A stretch of 64,000 nucleotides of DNA from Octopus vulgaris (taxonomy: Eukaryota), in contig OX597825.1 in the NCBI GenBank assembly GCA_951406725.2, forward strand, positions 58,652,001-58,716,000. The letters are read 5' to 3'. The notes beneath the pieces were generated by a model. It did not search any database and had not been told where the DNA came from. It saw only the letters and a program-made list of their open reading frames with translations. Below are positions 54,420-64,000 of this stretch, piece by piece; the stretch's first letter is position 1, and every line of letters begins with the position of its first letter. The position numbers and the translations under genes were made by a program.

Positions 54420-54648
54420 ATATAATTATTGCGGCTTTTTTTCCCCCCCAACAAATTTTATTCAACAAAAACAGTAACAATGTTTAACAAAAACATCTTT
54501 ATATGACGGTCTGATCGTCTGCCAAGCAAATGGAAAGCAGTAATTAAAGTAGATGGTGAATATGCTCTGAAATAATCATTTAAAGATGTTTTTTGTTGAA
54601 TAGAATTTATTGAAAAAAAGAAGCCTCAATAATTATGCACCAACCCAA
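54420..54648. mobile_element. Mariner-derived MITE
   Basis: ataattattgcggc...gcctcaataattatgcaccaacccaa termini; internal RLPSKWKAVIKVDGEY (mariner transposase C-terminus). Confidence 0.7.
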
Positions 54649-54654
54649 TGCTTT

Positions 54655-54842
54655 TTGTGTGTGTGATCTGTGGTAGGATGTGATTGAGTCATATGGGCCT
54701 GGTCAACCATCAGAGAACTCATAGGAATCGACCCATGGTAAATTGTGATATGGCTATTGTTCACAAAAGAACATGTGCAACCTGTGGAAAGGTGTGCCTC
54801 TCAGTTGGAGGATTGAAAAGGCATGTCAAAAGAGTTCATACT
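54655..54842 (+). pseudogene. Two C2H2 zinc-finger remnant, probably the C-terminus of an RTE-type LINE ORF
   Basis: FVCVICGRM*LSHMGLVNHQRTH...TCATCGKVCLSVGGLKRHVKRVH with an in-frame stop; no TGEKP linker. Confidence 0.5.
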
Positions 54843-55469
54843 GTGATACGTGTTTCTACTGTCAGCCAGCACAACACTGCCGAAATGGCTGCCATTTGAG
54901 CGATGTCATTTTTCATATGTAATGTAGAGGTGTTGCAAAATTTGACTCGTGGATGTTAATTTCCATTATGTCCTTTATATTGTATCAAAATTTCATGCAT
55001 TTATTTGTAAGGTTAAGGAAGTTATTAAAAATTGAAACCCATCATTGACTTTTGGGACACCCTGTATATATATATATATAGCAAATAAGAAAATTAAGGA
55101 GCACAATAGTTAGTTCATCAATATATACATAAGTAAAGTTAAGCGCCATATCAAAGTGGCTGTTCCATGTTGCTACTAGTTTAACCTCAGACAGATCTTC
55201 TGCCAGTTGGTTATCCGTACAACACTGCACCCTGTATATATATACTTTACCTGCAGGGAAGCGAACCCCTACTATCCTCCAGCAGACGAGAGGATCGCGA
55301 GACGGACTCAGTATCGAGCTAGTTTGCTCGTATACATTCGCGAACAGCTGGTCGCCAGATATATTGTAAACAAAGCAAATATGCAGTGACTGGTGCAACG
55401 ACATAATCTGTAGCCAACAACGCGGGTGTTCTCAATATCGAATATAAAATAAAAATATATCATATTCAT

Positions 55470-56075
55470 ACTTAAAGGGAGCTTTACTGAAGATATAGGG
55501 TTGTACAGAAACGACGGCTTGGCTATGTCAGACAATATTAAAGGATGCAAGTTTAGATTAGGAAATTTTCAATGAGATTAGGAAATATTCACTGTATTGA
55601 CAACTATAAACGTAGCCAATTTTTTAAATATCAACTTAGATTAAGTTAGACAATTATATGGCCTATAGAATACCCTATGAAAAGACTTGGTCATATCAAC
55701 AGACATTTTAACAACTAGTCAAAAACAGGAGGGTACAAATTGCTAATATATCTTTAAACTAAGTGACATTAGAAAAAAAGCAGCAACTTACTACAGACAT
55801 AAAGAAAGGTTTGAAGGATAAAAGAAAGCAATTGTTACTCAAAGGGTGTAACTTATGAGCGAAGAAAACTAGAGACAACATAAGCATAAATAAAATGTCA
55901 TCTTGTTTAAACTCCTGCCTCATCCACAATGTAAACTCTTAGTTAACTTATTTCAAAACATTTCCCCAGCGGCTATAAACTGCATAAGCTATTTAATCGT
56001 TCGGACATCCAAGTGACCTTTAGTTGATTCTCTAGCTTTCGTGATATCGTTGCAAATATTAACCGCGCAGAACCC
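55470..56075 (+). mobile_element. Penelope-like reverse transcriptase remnant
   Basis: DIGLYRNDGLAM (YRDDGL catalytic motif), NVANFLNINLD, AYRIP, HINRH, then FPSGYKLHKLFNRSDIQVTFS; many stops and frameshifts. Confidence 0.75.
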
Positions 56076-57889
56076 TTACATACTTTTAGCAAATAAGCAC
56101 CAAGTGTCCACATGAATCTCTGTATTTTTCTGCATATTTTGAAAAAAAGAAATTGTGAAAAAAGTTTAAAATGAAGGATATGGGGGTGGGGTAGGGTGGT
56201 GGCAATTTAGAAATGTTGATTTTTGCCAATATTTTGCAGATTCGTATTCCCCGTAGCCGAAAAGAGGTGGGGGACGTTTGTGTCGAAGAAAAAATTTAAG
56301 GGTATTTTTTTTGGTGGTGGATGGGTGGGGATGGAAGTATTGTTCAATTTATTAGTTAACAAGAAGGATTTCTGCAACTATCGCATCGAAAATGAATTTC
56401 AAATATGAAATAAAGCAACATACGCTGTGAGTGACTGAGTTGATAGGTCGTCAAGAAAACAAGTTTTACATTTATAACCATAACTAAAAGCTAGTACAAG
56501 ATTAATTTGCCAATTAGAGGTCGTTGCCCAGCTTGAAATTTACAAACACGTGTGCACAGACGGTATTTTCTCTCGTACTCCACATAATTTCTTCAAGGTT
56601 TACATAATTCATTGCCATACATAGTGTAAGTACATTTGTGGAAATCGTTGGTGAATACACCATAACATCACCATTTTATTTTTTCTTATAATCATTTTAG
56701 TTATTGCTTCTTACATTCATCTTATTATATTGCACGTTATCAGAATTTCATTGGCAAATTTCCACGTCTTTCTTTTAAAAAAACCCTAGTTTTTCCTCAT
56801 TTCCAAACATTAATCCTCAGACGCATTTCTTTTTTCACATGAAAATTTCTACTTTTCATTGAAATTAATTAACCTCTTTTCCAGATAAGGCCATTTAAAA
56901 ATAATAACACCTTTCTTCTACGTTTAACCAATATCGTATTTCATTTCCAAAAAAAGGCCGACATAATAATTTTCATTTTTCCATGAAATCCTTACTATAT
57001 TTTCATTGAGCATTTCCCCCTGTCATCTCCACTCTTAATAATAATACTTGCGCTCACAGTTTTATGATGATTTTATTTCAATTTTCGTACAGACCCTTAT
57101 CAGTAATTCCACATTTCTCTTCAGTTACGTTTTTATCCTTTCTCAATGAAATTTAATTAAAATTTGTTGCCTTTTGAGACGCTTAGTAGAGAGCTACTAT
57201 TAGGTAATGCACTGAAAAGCGACGTGGTGTAACGAAAGGCGGTGTCAACGCTATCCGCTGTATCTTTAAAAAGTTCTGAGAAACGATTACAAGCAAAATG
57301 TCGTGACGAGGTATATGAAAATGCATCTATAACAGCACAAAAACAACAAATAAGTACCTCTCACCGCCTCTCATATCATTTCCTCTGTCTATCTATCTCT
57401 ATTCCTCCCTCTCTTCTCTTTTGCAACCCCCGTTTCTTAACGAAGGTCAATAAATATTTGTTTGTTTTCTTGTCATTTCGTTTCATTTTCAGAACAGACC
57501 CTTATCAGTTTAAACCACCTTAAATTTCAGACCCGTCTTTATAGTCTTTCAATGAGGTTTAATTAATATTTGTTTCTTTTTTAACTTAATTTAATAGTTC
57601 TGAGAGGTTTTGAATGTATGGACTCCTTTTATTTAGAGTCTCAAATATAATTGAAAGGGGCCATCTCTCACTTCCACACAAAAATGGCCGCAGTTTACCG
57701 GCAATACACTCAGATAAATATGCAAGTTAAGCCCTGAATTTCTGGCAACCATAAGTGCAGGAACGAAATGTGCTTAGCGGGTGCAAATTTAGGTACAAAG
57801 TATTTTACAAGCAAGGTCTTTTTCTTTCTGTCTTAATATCGAAACACAAAAAAGGCATAATAATAATACAATAACTAGCGTGGAATTTG

Positions 57890-57947
<58 letters not shown>

Positions 57948-57957
57948 GTCGTCATCA

Positions 57958-57995
<38 letters not shown>

Positions 57996-58199
57996 GTCGT
58001 CGTCATCGTCATCGTCATCATCATCATCATCGTCGTCGTCGTCGTCATCATCATCATCATCATCATCGTCGTCGTCGTTGTCATCATCATCATCATCATC
58101 ATCGTCGTCGTCATCATCATCATCATCATTATTGTCATTATTGTCATCATCATCATCATCGTCATTATTGTCATTATTGTCATTATTGTCATTATTATA

Positions 58200-58250
<51 letters not shown>

Positions 58251-58292
58251 ATTATTATTATTATTATTATTATTACGATCATTATTATTATT
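57890..58292. repeat. Mixed (CAT/CGT)n array grading into (ATT)n
   Basis: Direct inspection. Confidence 0.95.
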
Positions 58293-58495
58293 AGTTTGAC
58301 TCAGGTTCGGTCTTATTCCTGGTAGGATTTATGTAGGTAGAGGCTTACTACATGTAACTTTAGGTATCCACATATTTTCAGTAGTCTTCCAAGTGCTTAG
58401 AACCTTCCTGATAATCCTTTCTGTCCCTAAGAAGCAAACTTTTTGTAGGAGCTCTACATGGCATTCTATTCTAATCTCCTTCAGCCATTTGTCTT
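58293..58495 (-). mobile_element. R4/Dong-clade LINE extreme 3' fragment
   Basis: KWLKEIRIECHVELLQKVCFLGTERIIRKVLST plus 3' UTR ending gagtcaaac-taataataat. Confidence 0.75.
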
Positions 58496-59489
58496 ATATT
58501 TATTTGTACATAAATTATATCAGATAAATTGAATAATGAAAAAGTAATGTTTCAGATCAGTCCAAATATATTCCTACGTCCCTTCGATTTGGCGATGAAG
58601 TTTATCAGGAAGGTCTTCAAAGCGTTTTCATAACACCCAACTGCCCTCCAAAATTTTAGCGGGTGCAAGCGCACCTCCTTCCCGAGCTGGTAACGATACC
58701 TCCTTTAGTCCTGACAAAATACGAGCAATAACTTGAAATACTTGCGTCTGCCAGACTCATTTCTGGCAGCTCACAGGCGAAATCAATTGTTCCTGAGTTG
58801 CTTGAGGATGCCAAAAAAAAAAAAAATGTTACAGGACCTGTTGCCGAGAATTTACTAAATAATTTTAATAAAACCTGGAAGAGTAAATGAATATCGATGA
58901 AGAAATACTTGTGTATCATAGTACAGGCTCGGAAATTTTAGACACTGTTCTGGGGAAGTGATGAACACAATAAACGAAAGACAGTTTAAGTGTAATAGAA
59001 GAAAATAGAGCAACATACTGCCTTTGTAGAACACCTAATTAATCTGCTCACCTTTGTTGCATGAAAAATTACACAGAGAAAGCTCAAAATGCATGAAACA
59101 TATTAGATGAAATTTTTGAAAAGAAGGTCAAGAAAAATGTGTCCTGTTCCTTCTATAGGACACACGATATTCCTATGTACAGCATCAAAACTCCAAGATG
59201 AAATGATTAAGCATGAAACAGAAGGTAATCCTGGCAGTGTTTATCTTTCAGACCTTCGCATTTAGCTTTCCAGTTCTAATAAAATTCTAAAATTTGTCAA
59301 TTTCAGAGCAGCAGTTCTATAATTTTTTAGTCGTTGTAGTTAATAAATTGACATTTAACTGTCATTTAATGATCTTGTTTAATTTATCATACTCCATTAA
59401 TACAGGTTCCATACAGTGCAGTACCTTGCCCAGTACTGTATTAATAAACTAGTGTCACTTATATTCATGTGCAGGGGAGTGTATTTCAT

Positions 59490-59897
59490 TTACTCTTTTA
59501 CTCTTTCACTTGTTTCAGCCATTTGACTGTGGCCATGCTGGAGCACCGCTTTTAGTCGAGCAAATCGACTCAAGGACTTATTCTTTGTAAGCCTAGTACT
59601 TTTCTATCGGGCTCTTTTGCCGAACCGCTAAGTTATAGGGACGTAAACACACCCGTATCGGTTGTCAAGCGATGTTGGGGGAACAAACACAGATACCCAA
59701 ACGTATACACACAAACACACACACATATATATATATACGACGGGTCTTCTTTCAGTTTCCGTCTACTCACTCACTAGGCTTTGGTCGGCTCGAGGCTATA
59801 GTAGAAGACACTTGCCCAAGGTGCCTCGCTGTGGGACTGAACCCGGAACCATGTGGTTCGTAAGCGTGCTACTTACCACACAGCCATTCCTACGCCT
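59490..59897 (-). mobile_element. tRNA-derived SINE, family A
   Basis: Full-length reverse complement of family A with CpGs largely retained. Confidence 0.85.
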
Positions 59898-60331
59898 ATA
59901 AGTATATTATTTAAGTATATATATATTCATATAATTTAAACTTCTCGCAGTCCATGAAACTTAAGTAACGCGGGAGGTGTATAGTTAGTAAGTTAGTGTG
60001 TTGACCGCTGGTGACCACCTCTGGTTCGGCAAAAAGGTTAATCTGGTATGTTTGGAACATATGGTGTCGGAAATCCGGTGATGCAGCTTTACTTTCAATA
60101 TGCAGTTGCTGATTTGGTAATTATATTTCCATGAGTTTTTGCGGTTTGCGACCATGGCGAAGTGGTAAAGACGTTAGATTTTTTTTTTTACAACGGTTTA
60201 CTGTATTTGTTCCAGCTTACCACACTTTGAGTTCAAATTTTGTCGACACTAATTTTGCCTTCTATTTCTTCGGTGTCGATAAATGAAATTCTAGTCAAGT
60301 CTGGACTCGACTTTTCTCTCTCTCCGTCACC

Positions 60332-60380
<49 letters not shown>

Positions 60381-60459
60381 TTTCAGAAATCGGATACGCG
60401 AAGTGGCATAGAAAAAAGAAGCCAATCTTGTCACCGTCCTTCTACTGTTCCAATAATCC

Positions 60460-60855
60460 TTTCTACTATAGGTACAAGGCCTGAAATTTTAGAGTAGAGG
60501 ATCAGTCAATTATATCGACTCCAGTACCCAACTGGTACTTTATTTATCGACCCCAAAAGGATGAAAGGCAAAGTCGACTTCGTTGGAATTTGAACTCAGA
60601 ACGTAGCGGCAGACGAAATACCTATTTCTTTACTACCCACAAGGGGCTAAACACAGAGAAGACAAACAAGGACAGACAAAGGGATTAAGTCGATTACATC
60701 GGCCCTAGTGCGTAACTGGTACTTATTTAATCGACCCCGAAAGGATGAAAGGCAAAGTCGACTTCGGCGGAATTTGAACTCAGAACGCAGCGGCGGGCGA
60801 AATAGTACAAAGCACCTCGCCCGGCGTGCTGATGTTTCTACCAGCTCGCCGCCTT
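60460..60855 (-). mobile_element. Family B SINE, dimeric copy
   Basis: Reverse complement of the 33916-34315 layout. Confidence 0.85.
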
Positions 60856-61439
60856 TCTACCGTTACAATAACGAAGACAAAAACAAAACAAGCCTAAAAA
60901 AGAAAATTATTAAGCCTTTCAAGATATCTACTTACGTTTCTGTTCGATTCAAGCAATACATAATTTCTAATTCTAAAGACATTCACGTCAATAGATTATC
61001 CTACAGTAATAACCACAAGCGAAAGATTTCAAACAAGTTATTCAGTAAGATAAATACAGATTCCATGCATCTTATTACAAACAATAACCTAAACAATAAA
61101 ATGAATGCTTTCTGTTCACTTTTGCTACACATTGACAAGTTTCCATTATAACGCTCACGTTTTGGAATATATCACTTTTCTGAAATCTGTTAAGAAGCAC
61201 TGTTTCAATTGCTATTTCACTGATAGTCAATACTAAACAAAACGGCAGAGGAGAGAAATAATATTATGTCACACACATTAAAAAGGGAAGTCGTATGAAC
61301 GAAGGGCGACGAACTCCAGAGCAAAGACTGCAAACACAATATGACGACAGGACACGTAAAAACACAGTTATATGTAATAACATATAAAGGCAACGAAAAC
61401 ACGCTTTTCACCATTTTCATATATCTTTCTTTCTTTCTT

Positions 61440-61530
<91 letters not shown>

Positions 61531-62466
61531 GTCTTTATTTTTTATTCTTTTCTTTCGTCTCTGGCTTCCATTCTTGTTCTTATTCTTTCTTATCTCTTTG
61601 TATATTTCTGTATTTTTCTTTTTTCTCTTTTTCCTACTCTCTTCTTTCCTTCTCCCTTCCTTTCTCTCTTTTATCTCTTTTTCTCCTTCGTTCCTTTTTC
61701 TTTCTTTCTTTCTTTCTCCTATTATACATTACCTCCCTTTATATTTCCTTTCCTCTTCTTAGCTGCCTCTCCAATCGTCATTCATCCTTCTGTCCACTTC
61801 TCAGTCATTCTCTCTCTTTCTAATCGTTGTGTTTTCACGCAATCTTTCGCCTACATAACAGCATATTTACTTAACTTAGAATATTAAATATTAACTGACT
61901 GCATCCTTGGAAATTCCATGGGTGTTTAGAAAACTATCAAATAATGTAAAGTATAATGAAAAGTAGGTGGTCCGTAGTTTCATATGAAATTGCATTTTCT
62001 GAATTTATTTTTTGAGATAGTGTGATTGGTCACGAGAAATTCTTTTATCGGATAGCGTGATTGGTTACGAGAAACTCTTTCATCGGATCTGTTCAGTTTG
62101 GCTCACAGAATTTTTAATTAATTATTTTTTTAACTAAACAGATTGAAACTTCGCATACTGGTATAATTTCTCACGCAGAACACGGTTTACTTTAAACATT
62201 GTTGATAAAATTTTGTGTTTTAAAAGTTATTTCGTGTTAAAGTTGTCGTATTTGAGTAATTTTAACCAATCAACGTGTATTTAGTTGAAGAAAGCTACTG
62301 CTGTTGGCGATAGTAATCGGAGAGGAACAACTTCCGGGTCATCTCAACTGAAAGTCACCACTCTGTTCTATTTTATTTTTTCTTTACTGTCTGTGTTGCA
62401 TATTACAGGATTTTTTTTTAATTTTTGGTTCTCGTGTCGGAGTAACCAGTAAACATCGAAGAATCA

Positions 62467-63010
62467 ATGCTGGTGAGACCCATATTGGAGTATGGGATTC
62501 AAGCCTCTTCTCCTTATCTCCTCAAAGACATACAGCACCTCGAAAGAGTTCAGAGGCTGGCTACCCGCCTGGTTCATGGTCTCAAAAATTTGTCCTACGA
62601 AGAAAGGCTGAGGACGCTCGACCTTTATTCTCTTGAAAAACGCCGCCGCCGTGGTGATCTCATTCTCGCCCACAACATCATAAGCGGGAAGTGTAACCTC
62701 TCGAAAGAGCTGTTCTTCACTCCTGCTCCGGAGCGTCGGCTGCGGGTTCATTCCGAAAAGCTCTACCTGCGACGATTTCATCTCAATCGAAGGAGAGGAG
62801 CTTTCTCCGTCCGGGTTGCGGATCCGTGGAACAAGCTGCCAGATGAGATGGTGAAGATGCCAACGACCGCTTTGTTCAAAGCCTCCCTGGACCTCAAGTG
62901 GCCTGAACTCTTTACATGAACACCACCCTGTACTTAACTCCATGTCCCCCTACATGGCCTTGCTATTTGCTTTTGAGCCAAATAACTAACTAACTAACTA
63001 ACTAACTAAC
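62467..63010 (+). mobile_element. Young 5'-truncated CR1/L2-group LINE with (AACT)n tail
   Basis: Uninterrupted LVRPILEY...PYLLKDIQHLERVQRLATRLVHGLKNLSYEERLRTLDLYSLEKRRRRGDLI...FSVRVADPWNKLP...FKASLD, stop at 62919, short 3' UTR and aactaactaact tail. Confidence 0.9.
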
Positions 63011-64000
63011 CAAGAAGGAAGAAATATTTACATATATTTATTCGTTGCCCGACATCGGTATCTAAGCCTCGGGACCGAATTTTGGGAAAAATTATGGTTT
63101 TATCCACACATAAAGCGCACCAGTGTTAAAATGACCTGTAGAGCTACGGCTCCGCAGCTAGCTTTTTTTTTTTGTTGACGTGTATGTAATTTCAAAATGC
63201 TTTATTTTACAACTATGAGATGTATTGTTGTTGTTATGATTTTATCTTACTATAATCAACAACAAAAAGATTTCGTCAATATAAAAGTCTTTATTAGATT
63301 AAAAATAACATTATCAAGGTAAAACAAAACAAATATGCTTTTTTCTTCCAGGCACCAAAGTAATGTAGCCGTAGTCTTTCACGTTGTTCACCAACCGACC
63401 TTTCCTATGAAAAAAATCAGTGGAATCAGTCGATCTCCATACACAAATTATTTTTTCTCCTGAAATTTATAGAAAAGTACACTAATTAGGCGCACCTTTC
63501 TATAAACTGCACACAGGTAAAAAAAAAAATAGCGGCTTATACACCGGAAAATATAGTAATTATAGTGGCAGTGACAAACTCGCTCGCTGGTTGGTAGTTG
63601 ATAGTGTAGAAGTGGCTGTCTGCCAGTAGAGAAGGAAAGAGTAAGGAATGCACGAGAACAGAGTGGTGACATTTAGTAGAGATGACCCGAAAGTTGTTCC
63701 TCTTCGATTAGAGGGTGCTAGTTGATCCAATCAACGGAACAGCCTGCTCGTGAAACTAACGTGCAAGTGGCTGAGCACTCCACGGACACGTGTACCCTTA
63801 ACGTAGTTCTCGGGGAGATTCAGTGTGACACAGAGTGTGACAAGGTTGGCCTTTTGAAATACAGGTACAACAGAAACAGAAAGAAAGAGTGAGAGAAAGT
63901 TGTGGTGAAATAGTACAGCAAGGTTTGCTACCACCCACTGCCGGAGCCTCGTGGAGATTTGAGTGTTTTCGCTCAATAAACACTTACAACGAAACCGCGA

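Noticed and set aside
62464-62943. 159-aa minus-strand ORF
   Set aside because: Antisense shadow of the LINE ORF2 fragment

Overview
AT-rich, microsatellite-saturated animal genomic DNA. The recurring tRNA-derived SINE families and overall repeat landscape look like an Octopus (coleoid cephalopod) genome; this is inference from pattern recognition, not a database match. Only one host coding exon is supportable: the terminal exon (31061-31617, +) of a Cys-loop ligand-gated ion channel of the nicotinic acetylcholine receptor type (M3, cytoplasmic loop, MA/M4). I found no upstream exons, so bases 1-31060 are probably one long intron. The rest is nested transposon debris: several SINE families, piggyBac-, hAT- and Tc2-type MITEs, a Helitron, mariner/Tc1 remnants, RTE, CR1/L2 and R4/Dong LINE fragments, and Penelope-like (PLE) remnants. 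The most interesting signal is a cluster of minimal type I hammerhead-ribozyme motifs at 11.3-13.4 kb, carried on fold-back PLE-derived elements, including a 261-bp palindrome made of two inverted hammerhead units. Also notable are a pseudoknot-capable 5' end on a non-autonomous RTE-like element, R4/Dong fragments sitting in (TAA)n tracts, and several long hairpins that would be dsRNA substrates. Nearly all ORFs in the supplied track are microsatellite or SINE artefacts. Coordinates of decayed repeats are approximate.
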